A DNA stretch of 64,000 bases from Pristiophorus japonicus (Eukaryota): contig NC_091980.1 in the NCBI RefSeq assembly GCF_044704955.1, forward strand, positions 93,248,001-93,312,000, read 5' to 3'. How positions within the stretch are numbered: position 1 is the stretch's first letter; each line of letters starts with the position of its first letter. The position numbers were made by a program, and so were the translations under genes. Positions 25,615 through 39,200 of this stretch are shown here, piece by piece. The notes below the pieces were generated by a model. It was not told where the DNA came from. It worked only from the letters and a program-made list of their open reading frames with translations, and did not search any database.

Positions 25615-28444
25615 CTACTAGTATTTCCAAGCCTCCTGCTTGGGCGGGAGCCCACCAGAATGGACAATTCGTCTCCCGAGTGCTGCTGTTTCCGACTTGG
25701 GAAAAATGGTCCCTGTGACCACGATTTCGCCTACCAAGACGGGTTTGCTGTGGCCCGCGAGGTTCCAGCCCGCTGCCAGCTCCAGCCTGCACTGTTGATG
25801 TGATTTTACAATGTTAGGGCTTGTTAAGCCTGCCCTGTGAGATTCACGGCCAATTAAAAGGAAGCGGGTCTGATGATGTCATTTGACATCATCCTTAAAG
25901 AGACCATGTCCAAATTGATTTTGATAATTGTGCTTTCAGTGTTCTACAGCATGCAGGTGCTGCAAACACTAGCAAGTAGTACACAGAGATGCATGGCTGC
26001 ACCCAGGCTCTCCCATAACTCCCTCTATATGTTTATGGAGGGAGCCACAGCAGGCAGAGAGGTTCTTTTCCCTTCCAGTGGGCAGAAGAGACCTCCCCAG
26101 AATGCTACCTGGTTGCACATTGCACAGGAGGACACAAGCAGGGATGTCGTCAGGAGGATCTGGCTACAGTGGCAAAAACATTTCAATGATCTCAGTAGAT
26201 CACAAAATGTTACTGCAAAGCCACACTCAATCTCATCCAGCCATGCCACTCATCACATCCCCACCACTCTGCCTTCCTTACCCTACTCTTGCACATCTTT
26301 ACTCACACCAATTTACCTTGCACCTCCACCCATTCCTCTCTCTCTATCTACATTATGACAGCCCCATCTCAATAGCCACCCATCACACTCATACTCATCC
26401 GACTGCAAGCATACCAATTAACAACACAAAAGGGTATGTAACATAGAAACATAGAAAATAGGTGCATGTGTAGGCCATTCGGCCCTTCGAGCCTGCACCA
26501 CCATTCAATAAGATCATGGCTGATCATTCCCTCAGTACCCCTTTCCTGCTTTCTCTCCATACCCCTTGATCCCTTTAGATGAAAGGGCCATATCTAACTC
26601 CCTCTTGAATATATCCAATGAACTGGCATCAACAACTCTCTGCGGTAGGGAATTCCACAGGTTAACAACTCTCTGAGTGAAGAGGTTTCTCCTCATCTCA
26701 GTCCTAAATGGCCTACCCCTTATCCTAAGACTCTGTCCCCTGATTCTGGACCTCCCCAACATCGGGAACATTCTTCCCGCATCTAACCTGTCCAGTCCCG
26801 TCAGAATCTTGCAAGTTTCTATGAGATGCCCTCTCATCCTTCTAAACTCCAGTGTATAAAGGCCCAGTTGATCTAGTCTCTCCTCCTATGTCAGTCCCGC
26901 CATCCCGTGAATCAGTCTGGTGAACCTTCGCTGCACTCCCTCAATAGCAAGAACGTCCTTCCTCAGACCAAAAGGAGACCAAAACTGAACACAATATTCC
27001 AGGTGAGGCCTCACCAAGGCCCTGTACAACTGCAGTAAGACCTCCCTGCTCCGATACTCAAATCCCCTAGCTATGAAGGCCAACATACCATTTGTCTTCT
27101 TCACTGCCTGCTGTACCTGCATGCCAACTTTCAATGACTGATGTACCATGACACTCAGGTTTCATTGCACCTCCCCCTTTCCTAATCTGCCGCCATTCAG
27201 ATAATATTCTGTCTTCGTGTTTTTGCCCTCAAAGTGGATAACCTCACATTTATCCACATTATACTGCATCTGCCATGCATTTTCCCACTCACCTAACCTG
27301 TCCAAGTCACCCTGCAGCCCTTTAGTGTCCTCCTCACAGCTCACACCGCCACCCAGTTTAGTGTCATTTGCAAACTTGGAGTTATTACACTCAATTCCTT
27401 CATCTAAATCATTAATGTATATCGTAAGGTGTTTTAGCTAATGTTCACGTAAAGTTTCTGTTAATGTGGTTTCAAACAACAAAACCTTTATTTTCAACAC
27501 TTTGCCTTCTTGGACAGATTTGTGTGCATCTTTGGAAGTGGCTTAGTGAGTCACAGTGAATGGTGAGACATAACAGCACCCCTCCACAATGGTGATGAAT
27601 GTGAAAGGAATTGCTGGAGCATTGTAGGGATGCTTTATGGTGTTGGTGCAGGGTGGTGCCAACCTGGCCCATCATGTAGCAGCCAGGGTGGGTGTACAGT
27701 GTCAAGTGAAGTAAATCTGGCCATGGTGAGGCCATCCCTGGCATCCCGGGCAGCAATGTAGTCGGGTGTTGATGCCCTACATCCTGTGCAGCATCAGTGG
27801 ATTGTGGAAAAGGTTCATGTTGTTGGTGCTTCTGATGTGTCCGTTGCTGCTAGTGTTGAGGCTGATCATGGTGGGATTTATTCAAGGGCACTGATGCTGA
27901 TGGAATAGATGGCAAGTAAGTTTGAGATGACAGAAGTGATGTGTCAATGGTGAGAGAGTGTGTTCCATTGAGGTGTCACTGGATAGAGAGTTTGCTCTAA
28001 ACAATTGCAAGCTGCATAAAGCTCAATCTGTCTTCCAAATGCAGTAAGCAACAGTGTCCATCCTTGGAAAGTGAACCCCTATAGAATGGAAGCTTTTATA
28101 GACCATTTGCAATTGTCAAGTTAAGAAATCATCCCATGCTGACACAACACCCAACCTCCTTACCTGACGCGATCCCTGAGCAACAGGGAAGCCATTGGCA
28201 AACTCTTAAAATCTAAAGATGAGCTTAAAATAGTTTTTAAGTGCCTGTTAACAAGCTCTTAATAATCTAAGTTGCCTCCCCTGCCACTTGGTGTCGGGTC
28301 TGTTCAGCACTGACAGACCCAATACCTGGGAAACTAGTGTGGAGGCAGATTCACAGCAGAGTCCCGACTCGCTATCAATCATTTCAAATTTCACAGCTGA
28401 CCCGTCTCCGATCCCGTCCTCTCAGCACCAGTAAAATTCCAGCT
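25615..28444 (+). mobile_element. Internally deleted Harbinger derivative (Myb/SANT exon plus transposase C-terminal remnant)
   Basis: AAPRLSHNSL...GREVLFP...WLHIAQE...QWQKHFNDL; homologous to 48949-50667; left boundary approximate. Confidence 0.7.
26440..27426 (-). mobile_element. CR1 LINE 3' fragment nested in the Harbinger derivative
   Basis: RT C-terminal ORFs 26532-27344; absent from the sister element at 48949-50667. Confidence 0.92.
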
Positions 28445-29094
28445 GCTATGTGCAGTTCGTGTATGTGCAGTATCCTGACTCTTGTGGCTTGCAATCAAAC
28501 CACGTTTCTGAGCTGGACCCCCCCATATTTGGAATACATTGCTTCATTGCTGGTTCTGAGGATGATGGCAGCAGGAGGGCGAGGTGAGAGGGGGGGGTGG
28601 GGGGTGGGGGGTGAGGGCGGGAGAAGAGAAGGGAACCCAAACTGGGGGAGAGAAAGAGAAACACAAACTGGGACATAGAGCGAGAGGGAGAGTCTATTCC
28701 TTTGTGATCTTCCTTTGATTTATAAATCACTATAAAACAAAAACCAGTATTGGCAACCCTACAAACAACTGTACTATAATCAGCAAGAGGCTGGCACGAA
28801 TGCTAGCTCAGTAAAGAAGAACAAATGAACTCGATGGTCAGCAAACATTTTAAAAGAGAAAACAAATGACTTATGAGAAGGTGAGGGGAGGATCAAACAT
28901 GCATAAGTAGAAAGACAAAATGAAATAGTAATAGCTTTATATAAGAAATGAAGTTCCTTTACAATCACTTTTATCTCTTTCTGAACTAGCCTCTGAGAGA
29001 TCTGCTAATGAATTCTAATACATAGCTGAACATATTGTGAAATCTAAGCAAACTTCAGTTACAAAATAGGGACTAGACCCTTTCAATAAAGCCT

Positions 29095-29270
29095 AGAACC
29101 TAAGAAATAGGAGCAGAAGTAGGTCATTTAGCCCCTCGAGCCTGCTCTGCCATTCAATAAATCATGGCTGATCTGATCTTGCCCTCAACTCCACTTTCCT
29201 GCCTGCTCCCCAGAACCCTTGATTCCCTCATCGTTCAAAAATATGTCTATCACTACCTTAAATATACTTT
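29095..29270 (-). mobile_element. CR1 3' UTR fragment
   Basis: agaaataggagcagaagtaggtcatttagcccctcgagcctgc. Confidence 0.75.
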
Positions 29271-29972
29271 CAGAACAATATAAAAGCAGAGTTATTTTAC
29301 ACCGTAGCTCAGTTATGTATGACCATAAATAATTTGTGCCACTTCAGCTGATAGATATTAAAATATTCCAGTGAGGAGCCACATTTAATATGTAAGGTAA
29401 GAAAACAGAATGAGAAAGCACTATTTGTCCATGAACTCTGCTATTTCTATTAGAACATGTAGAATCTGCACTGTCAAGGATACTCCTCAAATCATACAAT
29501 CCATTGAGGAGGATGAATAGCCACAGGCAAACTTATAGTTAGGCTAGTCTCTGAAACTTCTCCCTCTGCCCCAAAGGTAATAGAGGAAAAACTCCAAAAA
29601 ATACATCCAACATTGTAATTAACATTATTCAACTCTGGCCAGTTACATATACGTGGCAATTCCATTGCCTCAGCAGAACTAGAATCAAAAGAGGAAGATT
29701 TTTGTCTTATTCGCCTGGGTGCTAATCTGATTCAATGCTATTAAAATCAGGTGTGCTGTAATTATGGGTGGGTGATCACTCTCCCCCAGTTTCCCACCCA
29801 GGCAGTGAAGAAGAATATCTGCCTTGTAGCATTTAATCACCTACGTCTTTTCTTATCTGGGATTTCCCAGCAACTTTTAAAAAATGAATTGCAACTAACC
29901 CAAAAGAAAATGTGATGAGACTGTGTTTATGAATCGGCTCCTAGATTTCCATTTACAAGATGTAACATTCAC

Positions 29973-30552
29973 AGACCTGCGAAAGACCATTAGCGGCAGG
30001 TCAGGGCCATAAAAGGAGCATACCACTACAGAGCACAGCGCGAGCCGGTCCGGGAGGACATGGCTGTGAAGAGGGCAACTGGATTGGACACCACCATAAA
30101 CCAGGTCGGTGATTGGAGCGTGGGCAGGTACAGCAGGAGCGGCGAGGTCAGGGCGAAGGAGCGGCGAGAGATTTCAGAGCAATGTGATTGGGGCCCAGAA
30201 GAGGCGTGAGTTCGGTGCCCAGAAGAGGCGAAGGACCAGGGGCAGCACAGACCAACCCACACTGTGATGAGTGCGCATTAGGTCCGTGCAGCAGAGCTGG
30301 TCTCCAGTCGTCTTGGGTACCCCTTGCCACTGGACAAGACCAAGCTCTGTCAAGCCTGTGTGGTGGTTGGTGTGCAACGGCCACCACACATTAAAAAATT
30401 CCACACACAGGCATCTTCCACCCTTCAATATGTAGTTCGGGACCTGGAATATTAGGTCCTACATTGCAACACCTGTGAACTCATTGAACTCATCCCTTTT
30501 TGATGTGGAAGCAAGTCATCCTCGATTCGAGGGACCGCTTAAGAAGAAGAAG
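29973..30552 (+). mobile_element. Non-autonomous RTE-tailed retroelement (bipartite, SINE-like)
   Basis: 3' end gtggaagcaagtcatcctcgattcgagggaccgct(aag)n closely matches the 3' end of the RTE LINE at 47722; no ORF. Confidence 0.75.
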
Positions 30553-31057
30553 TAATCTAATAAGTGTCCTGGGGTACAATTTCCTTGGCTGGGTAGTATA
30601 ACTGCCCAGTTATCTCTGAATAGCAAAAATATTGTTTTCCTGTTAAACTTGGACTGAAATATCAGCGGTCATTAAATAAGCTAGTCAATCACTGACCCAA
30701 CATTATTCTGCTTATAGCACAATGGGCTGGATTTTTCTTATTTTGCAATTTCAAGCTTTTCCGGGCGCAGTTCGTGGCGGAGTGAAAAATTTAGTACAGG
30801 GATAATGTTAGCGCCGGAACGAGAAACTTTTGCCAAATGAAAGTTCATGAGGAGTGTTAGCGTAAACTCCGGCGTTGCACCACAGACTCCGGCGTTGACG
30901 CAATCTGCTGTTTTGCTCATGCGCTTTCCCCCCCCCCCCCGCGCGCTTCCACCTTCTGGTTTCCTGTCGCAAACGCTAATTCAGGGCGTGGCCACAACCT
31001 GCGCGTACATGCGCAGTACAACTGGGGCAGAATCAGCCATTTCAGATTTTGAATTCG

Positions 31058-33053
31058 ATGATGGAGGAGGACGAGGGAAGACAGCATGCCAGGCGCTTCA
31101 GCCATGAGGCTAATGAAGCTTTAGTGGGGGCTGTGGAATGGAGAGGGCAAGAGTTGCATCTTTGCGGTGGTTCTAGACCAGTACCTGCCATCTTCAAGAG
31201 AATTTGGAGAAACATAGCAGAGGAGGTCTCTGCCTCAGACACTGTGGTGAAGATTGGCACACAGTGCCGAGAGAAATTTAACGATCTCACCAGAGTCGTC
31301 AAAGTACCATTTTCATTCATTCACTCCTTCATTACTTCAAGGATAAATCTGACACACTATTTATTCTCAAGCTGTTGGTGCCTCTCAACACTGTGGGTTG
31401 CTTCCTAAAATGCATGACACATAGGTAGGCTTAATTCGGCACCCTATTTGCCATGAATGATCTTTACAAATTATTAAGATTGCTTTCTGAGATCCCATAA
31501 GATAGCTCCCCACTTCAATGTCCACCTGATGAACCATGGCAACTTGCAAGGCCATTCAACAGAGGACTGTATTACATTCACAAAGTATGGCACAAGTGCT
31601 TTGCTGGCTATCCATGCCACAGCAGCAGATGGACCCTCTTGTAACCATTCCCATTTTCAGCTTTGCGGGCAAAGAAATCTCATAATTGCCATGAGCAGGT
31701 GCGGACAGGCAGCGGTCCACCTCAGACCCTTCCACTCATGGACATCGAGGAGAGAGTGGCAGGCCTCATCCGTGTCACAGGTCGGGCAGCTGCCACTGGG
31801 GGTGCTGAATCCCGCTCGGATACTGAGGGTAAGTCCTGCACACTCCCTGGGCTGGGTTGGAGCAATGTTCTGCAGTGCCTTTGGACTACATATAATGGAG
31901 TTGTGATGGTCCTTCAAATTAACCTGTGCTATGCAACCTTCCTCATGTCACCCTGTGCCCTCCCCTGCTGCTAACCATTTGTCTGTTGCTTTCTACTTCC
32001 AGATGACCAGCCACAGGTGCAGCAACCCTCAAGGAACCCCTCCACGTCAGGCCATCATCTGGAGGAGGAGGCAGAGGAGGAGGAGGAAGAGGAGGATACC
32101 GATGAGCCGACTCCGGAGCAGCATCAATCAATCCCTGTTCCACCATCGGCACTCAGCTCCTCTGGGGACGACGTGACCTGCTTGGGGTTCGACGAATTCG
32201 AGGCTCCTGGGACCAGTGGCGTGCAGCAATGCAGTGCTGGGGTTGAATCCCGCAGGCCATCTCTCTGGAGGGTGAGTCGGCAAAGTCGATCTGCTGACAG
32301 ACAGGCAGACGTGGAACTGGACATGGTGGGAATGTCCAGTGAGAGCATCCAGGTCAGCCGTCAGCTCCTTGATGTCTTGGGAAGGATTCTTGCGGGCATT
32401 GACAATCTGAAAGCGACCATTACAGAGGTTGGATCGCAGATTGTCAGTGCGAGCCATGATACCAGCGAGACCATCAATGCCAACACGAGACTGGTAACCT
32501 CCAGCAGTGGCAGTGGAGTCCCGAAGAGTGTGGCGCAAGCCATTGCAGACTCTGGTGCATCACAGGCACAAGCTCTGCTTCAGCTTGGGCAGGTGATGCA
32601 GTCCATGCCTTCCTCCATACTCTCTGCATTCCCCACTGTCACATGGGGAAGTGACGGATGAAGCAGGCCAGCAAGATATTAGTTTACATCGTGCTCCGGT
32701 TGCTACGGTCCAGCCCCGTCGGCAACAGAGTGGCTCCAAGGGATATGGGAGGCGGTGTCATTCCTCCAGATGACAGCATTCCGTCTTCCTCCACTCAGTC
32801 CCCAACCAAGCATCAGCGACATTTGTCACCCAAGCCATCTGTGACTGGCGACGCCGATGAAGAGGCTAGCCAGTCAGAAGCCGGGCCTTCCATGCCACGA
32901 GCAGGTCCAGTGCATCCCCAGAAGCCATCTCCATTATCTCTCCCCCCAACACAGCAGCGCTCTGGCAGCCTTACTGCACACTCTGGTGCCACTTTGATGA
33001 GGAGCAGCAGGGAAGGGAGGGGGATGAGGGGAAGGGGGGGCAAAAGATGGTGA
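31058..33053 (+). pseudogene. Harbinger Myb/SANT-like gene, 3 exons
   Basis: ARRFSHEANEALV...WRNIAEEV...QCREKFNDL; exon 2 KKSHNCHEQVRTGSG with donor gtaagt at 31829; acidic exon 3 from 32003; basic C-terminus; frameshift near 32655. Confidence 0.8.
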
Positions 33054-33367
33054 CAAAAAATAGTGGGGTAGGATTTGATTTAAGTATCGCACTGCTGGAT
33101 TATGTTCTTGATGCTGGATTCATCTTATTTACGTTATAGTATCACACTGCTGGATTATGTTCTTATTATGTTCTTGAATTATTACACTGCTGCATGCAGC
33201 TCATTATTTTATTTTATTTGATTTAGGTATCACAATGAAGATTAAAAAGCTTACAATGTTATAATGTTCAATACATTTTTTCTTCACTTTAACCATTCCT
33301 GTGTAGTGTCTCATTTTCAGAATAAGAGGGGACGTAGTCAACATGGTGGGATAGAGTGGCCAGGCAA

Positions 33368-36166
33368 TGCAGGGGGATGGGAACCTATGCAGGGAGACAG
33401 AGGGAAGTAGAACGGGGCAGAAGCAAAAGATAGAAAGAAGAAAAGTAAAAGTGGAGGGCAGAGAAACCTAAGGTATAAAGCAAAATTCTAAAGGGGAAAA
33501 GTGTGTTAGAAAGACAAGCCTGAAGGCTCTGTGCCTCAATGCGAGGAGTATTCGGAATAAGGTGGACGAATTAACTGCGCAGATAGCAGTTAACGGGTAT
33601 GATGTAATTGGTATCACGGAGACATGGCTCCAGGGTGACCAAGGCTGGGAACTCAACATCCAGGGGTATTCAACATTCAGGAAGGATAGACAGAAAGGAA
33701 AAGGAAGTGGGGTGGCATTGCTGGTTAAAGAGGAAATTAATGCAATAATAAAAAAGGACATTAACTTGGATGATGTGGAATCGGTATGGCTGGAGCTGCG
33801 GAATACCAAGGGGCAGAAAACGCTAGTGGGAGTTGTGTACAGACAAACAAACAGTAGTAGAAAGGTTGGGGACAGCATCAAACAAGAAATTAGGGATGCA
33901 TGCAATAAAGGTACAGCAGTTATCATGGGTGACTTTAATCTACATATAGATTGGACAAACCAAACTGGCAGCAATACGGTGGAGAAGGATTTCCTGGAGT
34001 GTATAAGGGATGGTTTTCTAGACCAATATGTCGAGGAACCAACTAGAGAGCTGGCCATCCGAGACTGGGTGATGTGTAATGAGAGAGGATTAATTAGCAA
34101 TCTTGTTGTGCGATACCCCTTGGGGAAGAGTGACCATAACATGGTAGAATTCTTTATTAGGATGGAGAGTGACACAGTTAATTCAGAAACTAGGGTCCTG
34201 AACTTAAGGAAAGGTAATTTCGATGGTTTGAGGCGTGAATTGGCTAGAATAGACTGGCAAATGATACTTAAAGGGTTGACGGTGGATAGGCAACGGCAAA
34301 CATTTAAAGATCACATGGATGAACTTCAGCAATTGTACATCCCTGTCTGGAATAAAAATAAAACGAGGAAGGTGGCTCAACCGTGGCTAACAAGGGAAAT
34401 TAAGGATAATGTTAAATCCAAGGAAGAGGCATATAAATTGGCCAGAAAAAGCAGCAAACCTGAGGACTGGGAGAAATTTAGAATTCAGCAGAGGAGGACA
34501 AAGGGTTTAATTAAGAGGGGGAAAATAGAGTACGAGAAGGAGCTTTCCGGGAACATAAAAACTGACTGTAAAAGCTTCTACAGATATGTGAAGAGAAAAA
34601 GATTAGTGAAGACAAACGTAAGTCCCTTGCAGTCAGATTTAGGTGAATTTATAATGGGGGACAAAGAAATGACAGACCAATTGAACAAATACTTTGCTTC
34701 TGTCTTCATGAAGGAAGACACAAATAACCTTCTGGAAGTACTAGGGGACCGAGCTTCTAGTGAGAAGGTGGAACTGAAGGATATCCTTATTAGGCGGGAA
34801 ATTGTGTTAGGGAAATTGATGGGATTGAAGGCCGATAAATCCCCGGGGCCTGATAGTCTGCATCCCAGTGTACTTAAGGAAATATCATGCTTGACAAATC
34901 TTCTGGAATTTTTTGAGGATGTAATTAGTAGAGTGGACAAGGGAGAACCAGTGGATGTGGTGTATTTGGACTTTCACAAGGCTTTTGACAAGGTCTCACA
35001 CAAGAGATTGGTGTGCAAAATCAAAGCACATGGTATTGGGGGTAATGTACTGACATGGATAGAGAACTGGTTGGCAGACAGGAAGCAGAGAGACGGGATA
35101 AATGGGTCCTTTTCAGAATGGCAGGCAGTGACTAGTGGAGTGCCGCAGGGCTCAGTGCTGGGACCCCAGCTCTTTACAATATACATCAATGATTTGGATG
35201 AAGGAATTGAGTGCAATATCTCCAAGTTTGCAAATGACACGAAAGTGGGTGGCAGTGTGAGCTGTGAGGGGGACACTAAGAGGCTGCAGGGTGACCTAGA
35301 CAGGTTAGGTGAGTGGGCAAATGCATGGCAGATGCAGTATAATGTGGATAAATGTGAGGTTATCCACTTTGGGGGCAAAAATGCGAAGACAGAATATTAT
35401 CTGAATGGTGACAGATTAGGAAAAGGGGAGGTGCAACAAGACCTGGGTGTCATGGTTCATCAGTCATTGAAAGTTGGCATACAGGTACAGCAGGCGCTGA
35501 AGAAGGCAAATGGTATGTTGGCCTTCATAGCTAGGGGATTTGATTAAAGGAGCAGGGAGGTCTTGCTGCAGTTGTACAGAGCCTTCGTGAGGCCTCACCT
35601 GGAATATTGTGTTCAGTTTTGGTCTCCTAATCTGAGGAAGGACGTTCTTGCTATTGAGGGAGTGCAGCGAAGGTTCACCAGACTGATTCCTGGGATGGCT
35701 GGATTGACATATGAGGAGAGACTGGATCAACTGTGCCTTTATACATTGGAGTTTAGAAGGATGAGAGGGGATCTCATAGAAACATACAAGATTCTGACGG
35801 GACGGGACAGGTTAGATGCGGATAGATTGTTCCCGATGTTGGGGAAGTCCAGAACCAGGGGACACAGTCTTAGGATAAGGGGTATGCCATTTTGGACTGA
35901 GATGAGGAGAAACTTCTTCACTCAGTGAGTTGTTAACCTGTGGAATTCCCTGCCGTAGAGAGTTGTTGATGCCAGTTCATTGGATATATTCAAGAAGGAG
36001 TTAGATATGGTCCTTACGTCTAAGGGGATCAAGGGGTATGGAGAGAAAGCAGGAAAGGGGTACTGAGGGAATGATCAGCCATGATCTTATCAAATGGTGG
36101 TGCAGGTTCGAAGGGCCGAATGGCCTACTCCTGCACCTATTTTCTATGTTTCTATGTTTCTATGTT
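33368..36166 (+). mobile_element. CR1 LINE, near full-length ORF2 with internal deletion
   Basis: 661-aa ORF with endonuclease (ITETW, GDFN, SDH) and RT (FADD mutated to FAND); deletion at about 34880. Confidence 0.95.
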
Positions 36167-36296
36167 AATCCTGCCGTTCACTCTTCAAGCAAATTGTTCA
36201 ATTATGAGCTGCCAATGTAAGGCGTTTGCAGCGGGAAATCTCCATGATGCCTCCCCTGTGGATGTGGTGGTGGTGGTAGTGGCATGGGTTCTTCTT

Positions 36297-39200
36297 AGAA
36301 ACATAGAAAGTAGGTGCAGGAGTAGGTTATTCAGCCTTTCGAGCCTGCACCACCATTCAATACGATTAAGGCTGATCATGCAACTTTCGTACCCCATTTC
36401 TGCTTTTTCTCCATAACTCTTGATCCCTTTAGACGTAAGAGCCACATCTAACTCCCTTTTGAATATATCTAACGAACTGCCCTCAACAGCTTTCTGTGGT
36501 AGAGAATTCCACAGGTTCAAAATTCACTGAGTAAAGGAGTTTCTCCTCATCTCGATCCTAAATGGCTTATCCCTTATCCTTAGACTGTGACCCCTGGTCG
36601 TAGACTTCCCCAACATCGGGAATATTCATCCTGCATCTAACCTGTCCAATCCTGTCAGAATTTTATATGTTTCTATGAGATCCCCTCTCATTCTTCAAAA
36701 TTCCAGTGAATAGAAGCCTAGTCGATCCAATCTTTCTTCATATGTCAGTCCTGCCATCCCGGGAATCAGTCTGGTGAACCTTCACTGCACTCTCTCAATA
36801 GCAAGAATGTCCTTCTTCAGATTAGGAGACCAAAACTGCACACAATACTCAAGGTGTGATCTCACCAAGGCCCTGTTCAACTGCAGTAAGACCTTCCTGC
36901 TCCTATACTCAAATCCTCTCGATATGATGGCCAGCATGCCATTTGCCTTCTTCACCGCCTGCTGTACCTGCATGCCTACCTTCAATGACTGATGTACCAT
37001 GACACCTCCCCTTTTACTAATCTGTCACCATTCAGATAATAATCTGCCTTCCTGTTTTTGCAACCGAAATGGATAACCTCACATTTATCCACATTATACT
37101 GCATCTGCCATGCATTTGCCCATTCACCTAACCTGTCCAAGTCACCCTGTAGCTTCCTAGCATCCTCCTTGCAGCTTGCACTGCCAGCCAGCTTAGTGTC
37201 ATCTGCAAACTTGGAGATATTACATTCAATTCCTTCGCCTAAATCATTAATGTATATTGTAAATAGCTGGGGTCCCAGCACTGAACCCTGCGGTACCCCA
37301 CTTTCACTGACTGCCATTCTGAAAAGGCCCCATTTATTCCCACTCTTTGCTTCCTGTCTGCCAACCAGTTCTCTATCCACGTCAATACATTACCCCCAAT
37401 ACCATGTGCCTTAATTTTGCACGCTAATCTCTTGCGTGGGACCTTGTCAAAAGCCTTTTAAAAGTCCAAATACATCACATACACTGGTTCTCCTTTATCC
37501 ATTCTACTAATTACATCCTCAAAAAATTCTAGAAGATTTGTCAAGCATGATTTCCCTTTCATAAATCTGTGCTGCCTTGGACCGATCCTGTCACTACTCT
37601 TGAAATGCGCTGCTATTACATCTTTAATAATTGATTCCAACATTTTCCCCACTACCGATGTCAGGCTAACTGGTCTCTAATTCTCTGTTTTCTCTCTCCC
37701 TCCCTTTTTAAAAAGTGAGGTTACATTAACTACCCTCCAATCCATAGGAACTGAACCAGAATCTATAGAATGTTGGAAAATGACTACCAATGCATCGACT
37801 ATTTCTAGGGCCACTTTCTTAAGTACTCTGAGATGTAGACTATCAGGCCCTGGGGATATATCAGCCTTCAGTCCCTTCAATTTCCCTAACACTATTTCCT
37901 GACTAATAAGGATTTCCCTCAGTTCCTCCTTCTCACTAGACCCTCGGTCCCCTAGTATTTTCGGGAGGTTATTCGTGTCTTCCTGAGTGAAGACAGAACC
38001 AAAGTATTTGTTCCATTGGTCTGCCATTTCCTTGTTCCACATTATGAATTCTTCTGATTCTGACTGCAAGGGACCTACATTAGTCTTCACTAATCTTTTT
38101 CTCCACATAGCTATAGAAGCTTTTGCAGTCAGTTTTTATGTTCCCTGCAAGCTTACTCTCATACTCCATTTTCCCCCTCCTAATTAAACCCCGAGTCCTC
38201 CTCTGCTGAATTCTAAATTTCTCCCAGTCCTCAGGTTTGCTGCTTTTTCTGGCCAATTTATAAGCCACTTCCTTGGATTTTACATTTTCCTTAATTTTGC
38301 TTGTTAGCCACGGTTGAGTCACCTTCCCTTTTTTATTCTTACGCCACACAGGGATGCACTATTGTTGTAGTTCATCCATGTGATATTTAAATGTCTGTTA
38401 TTGCCTATCCACCGTCAACCTTTTAAGTATCATTCTCCAGTCTATTCTGAGGACTGGGAGAATTTTGTAATATAGCAGAGGAGGACAAAGGCTTTAATTA
38501 GGAGGGGGGAAATAGAGTATGAGAGGAAGCTTGCTGGGTACATAAAAACTGACTGCAAAAGCTTCTATTGACATGCGAAGAAAAAGATTAGTGAAAACAA
38601 CTGTAGATCCCTTGCATTCAGATTCAGGTGAATTTATATAATGGGGAACAAAGAAATGGCAGACCAGTTAAACAAATACTTTGGTTCTGTCTTCACGAAG
38701 GAAGACATAAATAACCTTCCGGAAATACTAGGGAACTGAGCGTCTAGTGAGAAGGAGGAACTGAAGGAAATCCTTATTAGACGGGAAATTGTGTTCGGGA
38801 AATTGATGCGATTGAAGGCCGATAAATCCCCGGGGCCTGATAGTCTGCATCCCAGAATACTTAAGGAGGTAGCCCTAGAAATAATGGATGCATTGGTGAT
38901 CATTTTCCAACAGTCTATCGATTCTGGATCGGTTCCTATGGACTGGAGGCTAGCTAATGTAACACCACATTTTAAGAAAGGAGGGAAAGAGAAAACGGGT
39001 AATTATAGACCGGTTAGCCTGATATCAGTAGTGGGGAAAATGTTGTAATCAATTATTAAAGATGAAATAGCAGCACATTTGGAAAGCAGTGACTGGATCG
39101 GTCCAAGTCAGCAAGGATTTATGAAAAGGAAATCCAGCTTGACAAAACTTCTAGAATTTTTTTGAGGATGTAACTGGTAGAGTGGACAAGGGAGAACCAG

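Noticed and set aside
31058-33053. Host MSANTD/NAIF1-like gene nested in the intron
   Set aside because: It lies within TIRs, convergent to a transposase, and is frameshifted. This is the standard two-gene Harbinger layout, not a new system.
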